DNA of 56,418 nt, the filler included, from Platydemus manokwari (Eukaryota): the NCBI GenBank assembly GCA_037951405.1. It is 5 parts of 5 records of this genome, joined end to end, with 100 filler letters (N's around TTAATTAATTAA, not from the genome) between each part and the next. Parts side by side here need not be neighbours in the genome. Positions count along the whole stretch, not along the records: positions 38,881 to 56,418 come from JBBMOY010999971.1; 4 more parts are not named here. One strand, given 5' to 3'. The notes beneath the pieces are model-generated. The model was not told where the DNA came from, searched no databases, and saw nothing but the letters and a program-made list of their open reading frames with translations. Below, piece by piece: positions 38,881 through 54,598 of the stretch. Within the stretch, counting starts at the first letter, position 1, and each line of letters starts with the position of its first letter. Position numbers and translations under genes: made by a program.

Positions 38881-41800
38881 ATAATTATATAAGTTAAGTT
38901 GTATTTTTATCTTATTTGGATTATTTTATTTAGAATATGATGATTTAGAATTGTTGATTCTTGTTTATAAGTCAATCGAAGATAAAGTCTTTGGCTATTT
39001 AAATTAAAACGGATTATTTTATATTAAATTAAATTGTAAGAAAGAATTGTTTAAATAATAAATGTATCTTCTTAATATTTCAATTATTATTTAGTATACA
39101 CAAATCATTTATTGTGCTTTGTACTCTAAATTTGTAATATTATTTTATAAATCATCAAGTTTTTTTTCAAAAACCTCAAAATAACTTCAGAACTAATTAT
39201 CAGGACTTTCGCAAGACTACTAGAACAATACAATGGGATTTGTTAAATATTTTTGTGAAAGTGTTAAAAACTTTTTTAAAATGAAACCTGATTTGTATTC
39301 TAACAAAGTACATTAGTTGAATGCATCAAACTGGATTAAATTCATTAAAATAGATTGTAAATATCTTAATAATCTAATTGATTGCAAGTATTCTGCTGGT
39401 CAAATTAAATCGGTATGCTATTTTTCATTTATACTTTTTTAAAATTTAAAGTATTTTCGTTAACTAATTTTAAATAATCTTGTGAATATTTGTGCTATTT
39501 CATCTAATTATTTGATTTTTTAATTTTAAGGTTTTCAAATTATGACTTGTTAATTACTTGAAATGAATGATAAATAAAGTCTATAATTGAATTAGTAATT
39601 TAAGTTGACTGTTCGTGATCTTCAGTTAAGATGGTTTTCTATTTATTTGGATTTAATAATTCTATTTAATTCGTGTGGCATTTGAAGCTGTAGTTCGACA
39701 CTTAGCAAAGTTTTAATATAAAATGATCATTTAAAATTTATATTCAAATGTTGCTATTTAAATTTCGATTTACACATTTGTTTCAAATGCTTAAAAGCCT
39801 TATTTACCTTCAAATTATTTTAAGAATAATAAAAATTTTGAAAATGTCTTAAACTTTGAATTTCTGGGTTTTTCTGATAGTTGTGAAAATCTTGACTTAA
39901 TTAACATAATAGCTAAGTTCATGATTTAAATAAGTATCTAATCAAGTCGAATAAGTGAACTTTATTGCAAAATTCACACTACTTTCACTCACTTAGTATC
40001 AAAAAACTAGTTCGATCAATTTTAAAATTTATTTATTAAAGATAAGTGGTCAAAACTCTGGAGCAGTTTCATAACAAATATTAAGTTTTTAATTATTATA
40101 GATCCTATCTTATATGTTTAAAGCAATATTAAATATAATTTCGAACCTTACAGTCTTAATTTTTGCCTAATGTTCCTGTGGCCAATAAATTTTTATGACA
40201 TATTTATTCAAGTTTATTTAATCAATACTGTCTTTAATTAATTTAATTCATAATTTGATCGAGTTGTCTTTTGCAAATATTACATTTGATTTATTGTTCT
40301 TATCGATGATTAGTTTCATTCAAGGTTATTGTTCTTGATATAAATTAATTAATAAGTAGATTATTTTATTAATAATTTTATTCACATTTTAGTATATTTT
40401 ATGGAATAATACAATACTATTCAATTTAAAAAGACCATTATCTTCATTAAACTAAAACATCAAATAGATAACGTCACGATTAAAAAACGATGGGGTAACT
40501 TTGTTTAATGTAGCACCAATATTAAGAGATGAATAATGTTTATGTTTGATTCTGAATCGTCAGCAAATTCAATCAAACTGACATGATTTATTGATGGATT
40601 TATTATACAAATTTTGTTAAACGTTGGTAAATGTCTGTTAATACACATATATGGGATTTGAAATAAAGGGTATTAAATCATGTTGGATTATACCAGTAAG
40701 AACACCGAGATATTTATAACATACAAAACAATTATTGATTGTAAAAATTTATTTTACAGCAAAATGATATAACAAAATAGTATTTAATATAACGTAGACA
40801 AACGAAAACGCTTAATTAGTAGCTCTCAAAGGTTGTCAACGAATGTTTAGATTCTTTGTAGTAAGACAATAGAGTTTGTAAACATGGTAACGGAATTTAG
40901 TGTAAAAAAATACTAACTATTATCGAATATATTTGTTGTACCTATTCTTGGATTTGATTAATATACATGTTCCTGTTGATCCACTTATGTTTCATGTACT
41001 AGATTGCTCCTATGTTTCTTATTTTTCTTAATATTTGAATTATCACTCTTCAGAATTGGTCGCTTAATGATACATAAGTATCTGATGCTTCATTTTGTTT
41101 CTTCAATTTGATTTTGTTCCTTGCATGAAATTTTTGTTATAATGAAATGTTTATTCATTATTTTTTAACATTTCTATTTCCTATTTTTTATTTTGTTATT
41201 TGCAACAAAATTAAAAATACGCAAGCATGCAATGTTCGATTTGTAATAAAAAAGCTAAAAAGTTATTTAAATAACCAAAAATTATAAAAAATAGAGAAGA
41301 ATAAAATGATAATCACAAACAAAAGTTTTTAAATTGTTGTTTGTAAAATTATTATTAAATTGCTAAATATTTAAAATAAGAAATATCTTTTTAAATGTTG
41401 TTTGGTTTAATGGAACTTATTGAATTGTTCGAAAATTGAAGTTTACAGAATTTGGTGAATATTTATTGAGATTTGAATGGCATTAAACATCACTGCACTG
41501 ATTTTTCAAGATGGTTGAACAGGCTAAAATGTTTCAGTATCAGTTGAAGAGTTGTTACTGAGCTTCTGATGATTTTTAGAGATATTAAGATATTTTGAAT
41601 TTTTGAATTTTATTATTATTAATGGATTAACCAAGTTAGAAGATTGAAAGAAAAGCAGGTCCTAGTAAAGGTGATTATCGATTTTCTGAAATAAACTGGC
41701 TTTAGTAATAAGTCACTCGATATGCCTCTCCAATACAAGAAATTAGACTGAAATATCTGAAAACCAAAATCCTTAAAATATATTAGTCCTGTTATTGTCA

Positions 41801-43949
41801 CAATAAACTAATGTGTGATTATCCAATCGTTCATGATGAATATTATTCGATATGAAGGATACGATATAAACAAACTAAAATATATTCGCATACCGAAAAT
41901 GAAAAAAAATTATCGATTATTTCACGAAGCGTAACGCACCACCGAATATGTGGGTAGTTACAATTGCAAAGAAAAGATATGTAGATTTAATTTAAAATTA
42001 TTTAACATGTAACGACAAATGGATAGCTACACTTATGTTAGTGTTGAATAAGATGAAATACTGTTAAAAGAAAAATGAATTTGCATCCGAGAACACTTAT
42101 TTAAGCACTTTGAAAATTTGCATCCTTAGACAAGCATATGTCCATAACAACTAATTAATTACAGTGAAGTTAGATGGTAAGTGACAATTGGAAAAAGAGG
42201 CATAGCCACATAACAGCACACACAAAGATATCTCACTCATGCAAAAGCTTAAAAACCAAATCGAAACATGGTAAAGTAAAGAATCTTATGACTAATACCT
42301 TTATCATTATGTGTAACCATGTAGCCGTTTATATAGCTTTGAATTTCCTTTTCGCTGTTTCCAGGTCCTCTTGGTCTCATTAAAATACTTTAGGTTTTAT
42401 TGATTACAAAATTCTTTTATCAGACTATCGTTGGTAAACTGGTCAAAATGTGCGTTAGCTACAAAAATTTTAAAAAATTCAATCATATACTAGCGCAAAA
42501 ATAGTTCTTAAATGACATTTCTGAAGCGCTATTGAATAAATTCGATCGATGTCTTATATTGATTTATGGAGTTTTAGAGTATTCTGTGTACGAATTGATT
42601 AGTAGGTTTTAGTAAAATACAGAGAAATCTTTGATTCTTTTGACCCTCGACACTATTAACGTATATTTAATATTGCCAAGAGTTTCAAAAAAAGGTATCC
42701 AACTTCGGTATCCAACCAACTTTCTTTAAACAACGGTTATAAACCGTAATTCCATGATTGAATTTTAGGTTTCAATCATGACATATTAACAAAAACTGTC
42801 GGGATTTTAAAAGAGTCAATTGTCAATATAGAAATAAATATACAAGGCATTAATAAAACGAAATTTACAGTATTTGATGTGTGAGGTCTGGACAAAAAAT
42901 TACCTCTTTATCAAGGTCGGTAAACAATCTATCTTTCATTCTTTTGGGTACTGATCCCACTTGTGATTTGACATTCGGTTGAGACTTATTCTATCATAGT
43001 AATTCCTATTTAATGTTTTAGTGGTATCATTTAAATTATAAGAAAGTGTGAATAAATAATAAATATTATTTTCTTTCATTATTGACATTGTTTTTTCTAG
43101 TAAATAATAATTGACATAAAATTATATTATATTATTTTTCTATTTTTAGTCGCCATACAATTATATGACCGAATTGGAATTTCCATCTATTTCTTGAATG
43201 TAAGGCAATATTCCAATACTTTTTTTCGATATTTCTGTACGAATCTGAATTCCTAAATGTTGAATGTTATTAATATAACCCAATTTCAACAATTACAATT
43301 CTGCTTTAGAAAATTCTTTGTAATGTGATATATCAAAATTCGTTGAATTCCCACAATTATTTCCTTGAATTTCTTGTGACCTATTTTTGTTTATCGATAT
43401 TTTCAGATATACCTAGACAATGTTTAGTAATAAAATGTTATCTCTATTTCGTTAACGTAGGTGCCTTGCTTCGTCTTCCACTAATGTTTTCCTTTATTAA
43501 TTTTATCGAAATGTTTATCATTTTTCCTTAAATACTTTGTATTTCCCCGAACATTGCATAATAATGAAGTTAATCTGGTATACCAACTTGGAATAAGTGC
43601 GGCGGTAAGATTTGTAAAGATTTCCTTGAATAATCAATGCTTGGTAATGAACTGAAATTTATTATAAATAAATCATAACATAAAATTAAGCTAGGAGACC
43701 TGGTATATTCGTTTCGCATATTTATTACTAAAAACGAAATTAACCACAAGACATCATGTGGTTAAATTTGGCCAGCGTTATTGTGGCATAGATGAGTAAC
43801 TTTTCAGAAATCAAAATGAGTATAAAATTATATGAATATTAGAATTAGTAAAGGGCTAAATTCCAGTTGCACATGACCTCCAATTGAAACTGAAATATCT
43901 CACAGTTCAAGCAAATCAATTACGTAAAAACTGAAATTCATTAGCAATG

Positions 43950-44533
43950 ATCGTACTCGAAGGGTTTAACGAAGAATGTCTCTGATATGGAAATACAAGC
44001 CAGCATTCCGATTAATTTATCTAAAGGTGGAAGAACTCTGGTTAGATCATTATTATACACTACAGTCAATGAAAAAATATCATGGTGAAAAAATGGCAGC
44101 AACAGCATCAGCTGCAAAAAGGGAACATTAATATCAATTTTAAATACAATCCCAATTAAGGCCACATAGGTAAATACATAAAAGTAATCTAGCAAATATT
44201 TCAATAATCAAACACCCAAATTAATTTAAATTTATTTTAATGAATTAAAACAAGGAGAGATGAACGACAGCCATATAAAAAGACTTCATCAAAATGGAAG
44301 GAAAAGAAAAACGATGGTGTTTACAATTACCATATTTATGGAAAGGAAACCAACAATTCGAAAAGGATGACCAAGTCACAGACATACAGGCAACCCATTC
44401 TTCTTGCTGTAGAATGTTTTCTGTTGCAGGAAGTAGAAGAACTAAAGACGAGGGTTGCAATATTAGACTGAACGATATTGGTAGAGTAGGACAAGGAAGA
44501 AACATAGAACTAAAACAAATCTTCTTTCAATAA
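43950..44533 (+). mobile_element. Possible decayed piggyBac-like transposase remnant
   Basis: LWLDHYYTL resembles the DN(W/Y)(F/Y)TS catalytic block, and CCRMFSVAGSRRTKDEGCNIRL resembles an eroded C-terminal Cys-rich domain. No TTAA/CCC ends were found. Confidence 0.25.
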
Positions 44534-45999
44534 AAAAACTATAAATGTTTCATTGTTATAAATTGTTATTATTGTTACTATTCGTATGGGTATCTTAATT
44601 ATTAATATTAAATCATTTTTTGCAATAAATTAAAAAAAATAAATTAAATGTATTGACTTAAATTTATATCAAATAAAAAGTCTTGTTATATAAAAATAGC
44701 TTTGATTATGGAATTGGTTTCTGTTTTGATTTTCCGCCGTTTTCGATATATACATAAAACAGTTTGTTAAAATAAAAGAAAAAACATCTTATTATCTGTA
44801 CTTTTTCTCCTAGACTGAAAATTAAAATAAAAGTATTGGTGAAAATTTTAAAAGAAGGAAATAGAAACTTAGTCATCGCAAGCATAAAATGTCGTGTTTT
44901 GATTGGATGGCTCGATAGTTTGAGTGCCTCTGATTTGACCATTTCTGCATTTGTTGTCACCTTGCAAAATTTATAATTTTTTATATTTGAATTAGAAAAC
45001 AAAAATATGTAAACAAATTTAGTGAAATAGCTTCGTAAATTATATTTGTTCAACCCAATCGTTTCGTATTTATTATAGAATTTTTTAATGAATTTATTTC
45101 CTCACACCTTTTTCCCTCATTATTTTTTATACCTTTAATTTATTGACATTATCTAAAATGGTGTCGCATGGTATCTTATAACGATTATTTTTCTGTTAGT
45201 GCAATTGATTTTATTGTAGGTGAATTGATTAATTCAAATCAATAAGTAGCACTCAATGATTTAAATCTTGAGTTTGTGTTAATTCGAATAAAAGCAGATA
45301 ATTAGTATTCCCATCAAAAAGTCTAATTCATAACAGAGAAATTAGGTGGTGTTTTATAAGCGTGAACAAATACTTTATTGATAAATTGTAATACAAGCTG
45401 AATTTAAAAGATAAGTGTCGTGATCTAAAGACTGAGAAAACCTACTCCGAATATTAACCGTGCGGACAAATATGATTTTAATCTCTATAAATTCTTTCGA
45501 CTTTGTAAGTTATATAGTTAATTTTTTTCAATTTATCTACCGGAGATTGATGAGAAGTTAATAACAAAAGTTTCGCAAATAAGAATTACCATTATTATGT
45601 TTTGAATGATCCAATAAATAATAATAATTATCCTGATAAATATATGGTAGATTAATTCGGTTTGACTGAATATGAATTAGTTGTATGATCTGACTCCTGA
45701 ATTGCTAAATTGATAATTCCCGAACACTGAATGACTAAACTGCTGATAAGCAAATTTTGGTACGCGTTTTTTGTCAAGGAATATTTCTGCAAATTGCTGA
45801 ATTCTGTTCAGCTTATTATATTGGCAGTAAGAGAGAATAACTATGCTGAATTAGTCTTAGTCATTTCTCTTACCGTTGCCATGGTTTTTTATAAATTATT
45901 TTAAAATCGTCATGGTTATTCTGGTAATGTATATTCATTTTTTAAAATCATGTTGTTGACTCATGAGTTATTTTTGATTATTTTATCTGTTTTATTAAT

Positions 46000-47700
46000 T
46001 TATTTTATGTTGTTATTGTTATTATATTGTTTTTAAATTTATTATAATTTATGTATTTATGACTATTATATTTGTCGGTGGATATATGTGTTATCCAACA
46101 TTTCTCCCCTTTTAATATTTTCGTCCCAAAAATGAAACAAAAGGGAAAAAGATTAAAGCATGACACTAAATTATAACTTAAATATACATGATAATTTAAT
46201 GCTACTTTCCAAGATTACATATTTATTGAAGATAAGAAAGTGAACATAATAAGTCATTGATAATCACGATAAGCCTGAATGATTCACGATAGGTCAAATA
46301 GTGCAATTTAATGTCTCTTTGTTTGGTCTCTTGTCCTGTTGTCAGGTATCATCCCCGTCAGATCCCCGACGTTCTCCTCGTCCTCTCCTCTTAAATCCAC
46401 TGATCCTCTAGATTCTATATCAATGGCTATACTAGTTGATTTTCGGGTTTCGGAATTCTAGGAACATAATTTCCTTGGAAGTTTTCTCTATATCTTACAC
46501 CAGTGACATATCTTTCTTTTCCGTTCTCTTTTATCACCTTTGCTTTCCTGTCTGGCAACTTGGATTTTTTCGGATATTGCTTGTCTCACTTTTTCTTTAG
46601 GATGCGTGGTAGAGTCCAAATGTCGATTGTCGTTTTCGGTTCTGTTGTCTGATGAATTTCCTTTATCTATGGTTGCGTCTATTTCAATCTCGAATGGTTC
46701 ACATAAAATCGGTTTCGGATTTCTCTCATAAGTGTCCGCATCCATATTGACTTCGGATGTGTTGCACAGTTTTAATTTCTTACTTTTCTTCTCTTTCGAT
46801 GATGATTGTTTGGGTATATAGCTTGCCACAATTTTCGGCGGTGTTATTAATAGTGATCGTCTGTGTAAGACAGGTTTGGCTTCCCATGTCTCTGACTGAT
46901 CGTTTGTTTTCCTGGTGTTGGCTTCATGATGCACGCTCATTTTCTGCTTTTTGGCTTAATGCCTGTTTTGTTTGTTCTTCGTCAATGACGAGATTACTCA
47001 TTTCTTCTTAGTCTAAGTCAATGGCTGACTCAGTTATATGTTGTATCTGGTCCTACCATGTGTATTCTAAGCTTAAGTATACTTGCCTTAGTTCCCTAGC
47101 CATGTTTTCGGTGGGCAAGTCTGATTGTTTCTTCGGTACATACTTCGGTAGTACCGCCTTTGATATTTTTTCCACTTAAAGGACACCTAGTTTGGGAAAC
47201 ACTTGATAGCCAGATTTTTGACACGGGCTAGATCTCTAATGCCTAATAGAAAATCTGGATTGACGCCGCATGTCTCTAATGAGTCTATCACTTTGAATCC
47301 AACCATTATCTTATGTGCTGTAATATCTGGCATAGGATTTCGTCCCAATGAGCAATGATGTCTTTCTTAGTATCGACCATGCGCGCATTTAGGAATATGG
47401 TTTTTATGATAAAATGGCTTCAATTTTATTCCTGTTCTGATTTTTCTGATTGTTCTGATACGCCGATTGATGTAATAAATCCTCTGATATGGGATTATCG
47501 AAAGTGCAATTCGAAGTGAATTCTTGCACTGATTATTTTTATGTGGTTTCTCGTATTTCTTCGTTCTTTCTGATGCCTATGTACATTTCTTATGCATTTA
47601 ATGACCTGTTCTATCTTACTCTTCGATGTGATACACACATTGTATTTTCTGTATATTGTGTAAATCATTTAGCCAGCTCATAATTTATTCGAATCTTCGT
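46000..47700 (-). mobile_element. LTR retrotransposon remnant (gag-like region, polypurine tract, start of 3' LTR)
   Basis: The charged ORF 46488-46940 ends in KRKICHWCKI*, the start of a broken CX2C zinc knuckle. Minus-strand AAAAGGGGAGAAA (46101-46113) is directly followed by TGTTGGATAACA, the PPT then LTR-start pattern. No pol region was recognised. Confidence 0.55.
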
Positions 47701-50700
47701 AGTGTTTTCATTATACGTGTTCTTGCTTCCAGGTGTTTCATATTTTTTTGATATCTTTTATTTACTTTTCTCGTCACTTGTCAATAAAAGAAATTTTGAA
47801 TAGAGTATAAAAATAATGTTGAATTTTGATTTATTGAGATTTATAATATGAAGGATATTAAATACGAAGGGATATAGAAATTGGATTTTGATTTGAAAGC
47901 ATCAACAACCCAACAATTATCTTCAAATAAATGTTTTTGATGAATTTCAAATAGTTAATGATAAAACTTGATAAAAAATTAATCCGACACAAGTGATTTG
48001 TAGCACTAATACAAATATCAAATAAGAAAATAGTCTTCAGCACTGTCAACTACATCTAGTAATGGCGAATCTTTCAAAAAAGTTTACTCAAAAGTTTCTG
48101 TGTTGCGTGTGCTCAACTTCTATTAGATGTTTTGATTTTCAAGATTTCCTGTCGAGTTATCAATTTATGTCAACTGGGATTGGTCAATCTCTGTGTATGT
48201 GTCATTGTGTACCCATTTATATTACCGAAATGAAATCTTGGTTATATATTGATTCTGATTGGTCGGTTATCATGCTTGTATAACTGTCTATATTGTGTAT
48301 GTATGTATGTAAAATATTGAAGCAGGGGTTCCAAAAAGAAAAGTCGTTAATTTGCACGAGATTCTTTTACACTGTACAGTTTGATACATTCACCCCAACA
48401 ACTTTCTTTACAGTTTACGGAATGTGCCACCATATTTTCTATAATTCGATTAATTTCCATCAATCTAGCAGTTTATGAATGTCATAAGGTGGTATTGAAA
48501 ATTTTAAAATTGAGAATTCTGCTACTTCTATTATTATATTGCTCAAAAATTTTCTATAATAAGTTAACAATTTCTATTGTCTTGTGCTACCATCGATCCA
48601 AAAAATATTTTTTGTAGTTTAGGTTTCTTTAAATATTTGAAATAATCACAGAAAACTTTTGTATATCAATTTCTTTTAATTGTATAGGGTAATCTTATTT
48701 CTCTTGAATTATTCTCTTATTTTGCTCCAGTTAAAATATGTTGCCATATATTATATCCCCAATAATTTTTAAAACTATCATTGTTGACCAATTATGTTAA
48801 CCTGTACTACCCCATATTCTTATAGAGATTTCAAAACTATGTCATTATTTGACCATAAGATTACCTAGAGGCGGTTTTCTATTTTATGCTTGTCATGTTT
48901 TGCCTTTCATCTTTAAAACCACGTATTATTATTTGATTTTTATGGATAGTAATGCGTCTTCGATAAAAATTGTGTTTTGATAAAGATAATATATCGAGAT
49001 GGATTATATGATTTCACACAAAATGATTATCATTTGGATTATAATATAATGTTTAATAATTACTTAAATTGACAATATTGTATTGTTTCATTGCCATTCT
49101 CGTAAACATAATCTATCCTGAATTTTTGAGTCTTCTGGTACTTTCTTATAAGCTACACGAGGTATAAATCTCATTTACATTTTTAATAAAGTTAGACATC
49201 TTCATATGTAGAGCTTTGATTTACAGTTTTTTATATAGATCTTAAAGTTTATTATTCAGATTCAGTTTCCAACACTATTTACAATACGAATTTAGTCCAC
49301 AAACACTCCTTACAATGGTCACCAAGTTAACGTATTTATTGGTTAAGAAAATCGAATGAAGTCTAGTAAATGGTTCTCCTATTTTTTGAGCTTGGGCCTT
49401 ATTGAAATTACTTATTGAATGAATTTAGATCTAGGATAACTTCTGTCCTAATAAGACTAAGTAAGCTTAAGGCACCAGGTACAATTTTAATTTATGAGTA
49501 ATTTTTTCACTTCGCACTACAGTGTCGTAAGTTTAGTAACAGTGGTCCTATGACTTATTACTTTCAATATCAAAATTAACCTTAATGTCTCTTATTACAA
49601 AACATATGCCTAGTTGTTATCAACAATTTCAGTTTATTGTTATCTATCAAAAGCCAATTCATGATGAATAAAATGTTTATTATAAGTAAATTATTAATAC
49701 AACACCAATAAAAAGTTACAAATTAATTTTAAATTACAATATACACCAAATCCTATGACGATAACGTTATCAACTTCTTAGAGCAAGTGACGGTTAATAG
49801 ATTTCACAATCCAGGAGCATAAATTTGAAGCAAAGCTCAATCGTATATGATAAATGATGATTTTAATATAGATCAGTTGTTTATACTAATTATCGCTGAC
49901 TTAGCCTTATAGGCTTATTGGCCAATGGTCGGGTAATCGAAGAACATACATATTGACGCGATGTTCTCGTAATGTCGATTACGTAAAACGAATGATTGTC
50001 AAAGCTAGTGGTTTATTACAATTAAATGGGTTTTCTCAACTGATCTATCCTCCTGTTTATATGGTTTGATCATTGTGGGCGTTTATCGTTATGATTAACT
50101 ATTTATTCTGATGATTTTTATTTTAAATCACATGATGTTCTATTGTTACATTGTTATTTACAATTTAGGAATTATTTTTACTATTCCAATATAATGATAA
50201 TCGCCTTTATTAATCTATTTTAAAGTTAATCTCAAATTTATCTGAAGTTTTAATTTTGGCTTTAATTATTATTATGAAAAGATTTATTTGATTTATTATT
50301 TCCTTATTATTAATTTCGAATTTCTAAAGATGTATTATTTTCGTCAATAGGATACACATAAAAATTGTACATTGATTCATTTGTCACAACTAAATAGCTA
50401 ATAAAGATAAAATTTTTTACAAAAATTTAACGAGAATTATAAATAATTCATGTATGCAAAAAAGTTAAATAAGATTCGATACTCAATGTTATATGTAGTC
50501 ACAATATCGTCACTAATGTGTGGTATTTTTTTTGAAACCTCAACATATTAACAAATTGTATATATAACGTCTACTACAAACAAAAAACTTATGAATATCC
50601 TTTCCGGAAATTTTAAAGAATTTTCAAATGTTAAGAGAGAGATAATATAAGATAACAAAATAAATTTAGATTAATTTATTAACATTGGATAATTTGTTGA

Positions 50701-52482
50701 ATAAGAATTATGGATTTATAGTTTAATAAATCGTCAAATATATTGATTATTTTTATGCAGTCTCATAATTATATAATTCAAAGATAATAATAACCCTAAT
50801 CTGATATTGTGGATGTATAGATTTTAATTTTTTAAAGTTATTTTGACAGAAATTTCGTTATAGTTCGTTAACCAAATAATTAAATCATAAAGATAAGTCC
50901 TGATTGGTAGATTTTTCACGTAACTATAACAACTATTATTTCATGAGGTTGTCTTCTCGCCAACATAATAAACAAATTCTTTTTGCGAATAGTGAAATTC
51001 CAAATAAAAAAAATAGGAAATTAAAGGATCACTTATGCAAACGTGAATTTTAAAGATTTTCTGGGCAAAATCGTCAAGAGGAGAGAGAGATATGTGTGTA
51101 GTAAAGATGAATGTCACACAAAACATACGATTTTGGAAATCTGGAATCCTTGTTTTGATACTTTACCCATGTGCATGCCTCCACGGTCATGCAGAAATTA
51201 CACAAATTGAATATTCCAATTCATTAAAAAGACATGACTTCATAAGAAGACAGACATGGACTGACAAACCCAGATAATAGAAAATCGATACACCCAGTTG
51301 GAATTGGAGAAATAAAATATCAAATTAAAATGTAGCACACAAAAATACACTAAAGTTTCTAGTATAAATAACGAACCAAGAATAGCTTATTGTCAGTAGT
51401 ACCACTATTTGTGCACTGACTCGTTGAAGTTATTTATGGTTATTTATTTGAATGATAATTCTGAACAGCAGACGGTTTTCTTGTGAATATAATTTGCAAA
51501 GTTTATTTTATTTAATAAAACCAGGAATATGTCCTATGAATTGTCTTGAGCGAGTCTTTGCATTGGTGCTTAAGAAATGAAGTACAACAGTACAGCAATA
51601 GCTAATAATAACACAATATATTTCTTGACGGTGATTCCCCAATGCTTATTTATCATTTATTGAATATAAATAGTGAGAATGAATATGATGTAAAATAACA
51701 CCCGGATAATTAATATTAAAAAGCTAATGAGAAACAAACATTCCATAATTTTATCGCATGGCACTAAAGATGTTACTCATAAAATTCTATAATTTATATG
51801 ATCACAAGTTGGTTCAATTAATATAAACAGCTCACAATATTTATGTTATTATAGTAACTCTTCAGCCATTTAAAAAATTATCAATTGCCAACCGAAGAAT
51901 GCAACACTGTTTTGTTGAATTTGATTTTATCGTGGTAAATCATCAAGAAATAATAATCCAATGATAACGATTGTGATAAAAACGATATGGTCAAGAAGAT
52001 ATTGAATAGAAATAATTTCATTACCAAACAAGAATTTTACGCCAATCAAAACATGCTGAAGTTAATTGTGAGTGTTTTTTCGAAGACTAGCACCGAAAAT
52101 AGGCAATCAATAATATTAGATAATAGCAAATAGTAAAATAAATTTATCAGTCTTGTAGAAATAACAAAGTTGTTCAGGATTGAATTACGAAATTGAAATC
52201 AGATTTAACATTAATTTACATTTGATTTAGATATTTTAACTACTTTTATAGTTTTGAGATCATTTTCTTTTTATTTTATATTATGTTTGTTAATATTTTC
52301 TAATTTTTTTCCTAATGCTGTAATATTTCTGTCATTATTTTTAGTGTAAGTAATCAATATTAACAATTCAATTTTCATGACGTTTTAAAGATGATATCAG
52401 GTTATCCTAATTCATAAGAATATAAAGCTAAAATAACTAATTCAGTAATTTTTTTCCGTCAAATTAATTTGAGATAAAAGTC

Positions 52483-52791
52483 CCAGATGTTCAAAAAGAT
52501 CTACATTATCAAAGGAGATCTCCTACATAAAGCCTGGAAATAGTTATTTTCATAATTTCTATTTAAAATCTGTTTGAAAGGATTTCCAAAATAAAACTTG
52601 CTATAGGCTCTACAATGATCCTTATAGTAAATGGTTCCCTTGAATGAGTTGCTTGAGTGGCACAAGTTGATGTATATTTATATTTTATATTTCACAGAAT
52701 TCAGATTGTAATATTACACATATTTATCAATGAATCGTAACCATAGAATACATCGCTAAGTATTAATATTTCAAAAATGATGTTTTATCTT
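52483..52791 (+). repeat. Roughly 310-bp diverged direct repeat, copy 1
   Basis: Shares colinear blocks with 54599-54927: attatcaaaggagatctc.tacataaag, atttccaaaataaaact.gctatagg, cttgagtggca.aagtt.atgtatattta, accatagaa.acatcgctaa, tatttcaaaaatga. Confidence 0.9.
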
Positions 52792-54598
52792 GAGTGAAAT
52801 TGAATACTGTCCTTAACGACGGCCATAGTTTTAAACTTAAATGTGTGGATAGACTTTTTCAGAAATTAGTTATATTAGTATAGTGAACTTCCTTGTTATG
52901 TGATTTCGTATAGTATTTGAAATGGGTGAAGTGCCACTGAACTAAAATTTGCTTTTCTTGAGATATTGTATGATCATTGATCGAGATGTTTATTGTTTCG
53001 ATGTTCTATATTTCAATAAAAAGTCGAGGCAAGATAATTATTATAAAATAATATATTTAGAAGCAAAACGTAACAATAGTTGAAGACAATTCTCCGAAGC
53101 GGACGGAGAAGCGGTCAATAAACATAGAAGAGATTTTAGCAGATTAAAATAATAGTATTATGATGGTGTTGAATATAGGTTATTAATTATGGTGTCAACG
53201 TATAATTAAACTTTTAAAAGATTAAAATGAAAATGATGAAGATTAATTCAAAGCAAAATAAATGACCCTTACACCGCTGCAAGTGATTTAAAAAACTATC
53301 CACAGCTCCTAAATGATCAATACTTTATTTCTGATTCCTAGCGAACAGTACTCCGACTGTAATTATTTTGAGTCAATGGTTTGTCCTGTTCTCTAGTGCA
53401 ATAATGTTTTTCCGTTGATTTTCGCCTGTGATGATTTTTCTGTAAAATCTTCGTGGTTCGCTTTTTTAGCGATCGTAGTGTTACCGTTAGCGTTATTTGT
53501 ATAGTGGGTGCTTTGGCTTGATTATAGTTCGGTATTTATACATTACTGCTGTAGCCATTTTTAGCTCCTTCGTGTCCCCCACTTATTCTTTAACCATTTC
53601 GCGGCCTCTACTTTTTGGCCTTTCTTTATCTCATATATTTTCTTTTAATGTACTATTTTATTATATAGTTTTGCTACATTATTTTTTTATTAAGTCATTA
53701 TTATTCTTTTATTTTATCTCATCTCTATATTTGCCAAAATTTTTGTCCATCCGCTTTTTATATAAAAATATAAAAATATAAAAATTATGAAAGTCACAAC
53801 ACAGATATGATTACTATAAAATTTTTCTTAAAACATCCATATAAAAATTTGATACTTATCATAACAATTGTCATAGTATAAAATTATTTCATATAATAAA
53901 TTGTCTTTAGAACACAAAACTATTTCACATAAATTGTCAATTGTCTTTAAAACACATAATTAATTGTTTATTGTTAACCCGTAATCACATTGTCTTTTGC
54001 TTTGCGCTCTTCTTTCGAATTTGTTTTCATCCATAGTCAAGAGTATATGATGTATGGGGGTATATTTACATGGGTATATTTAAGGGATATACTTTAGATG
54101 GGCATATGTAATACATGATGTCTGCTATACATTGGTATTACAGTGAAAGGGTGCATGTGTGTTATTTAACGACACTGTGAAGGTTGATTGCATAAACTGG
54201 GATGGCAAACTGGGTGGGTGTTCCCAACATTTTAGTGCCAATTTTCACAATATGTGGGCATTGACTTCGTTTATAGACTTTAATTTACATTATTTCATGT
54301 GAATTTTAATATATTTTGCTACTATTTATACTGTATATCAATATTTAACATAAAAGTTATATTACTATGAACTAGTGATATTTATATTTTATAAAATAAT
54401 ATTGTTATTAATCCACTTATTCTTTTCTCATTACTATTTTATTTATTTTTTATTATTTTACTGCATATTTTAAGCACTTAATCTTTCAGAACAGAAATAT
54501 TATATCATCATTCTCTCTATTATTATCATGCGTAATATTTGTTGTTTTCATAGATAAGATAATTCATCAAAATATTTATTAAACGGTAATGAAAATGC

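Noticed and set aside
39190-39553. Exon-like plus-strand segment with GT/AG sites
   Set aside because: In-frame stop and no recognisable domain.
42620-42780. FDSFD motif (Polinton protease-like) and a 10-bp inverted repeat catgattgaa/ttcaatcatg
   Set aside because: Too short, with no supporting His/Cys motifs; expected by chance in AT-rich DNA.
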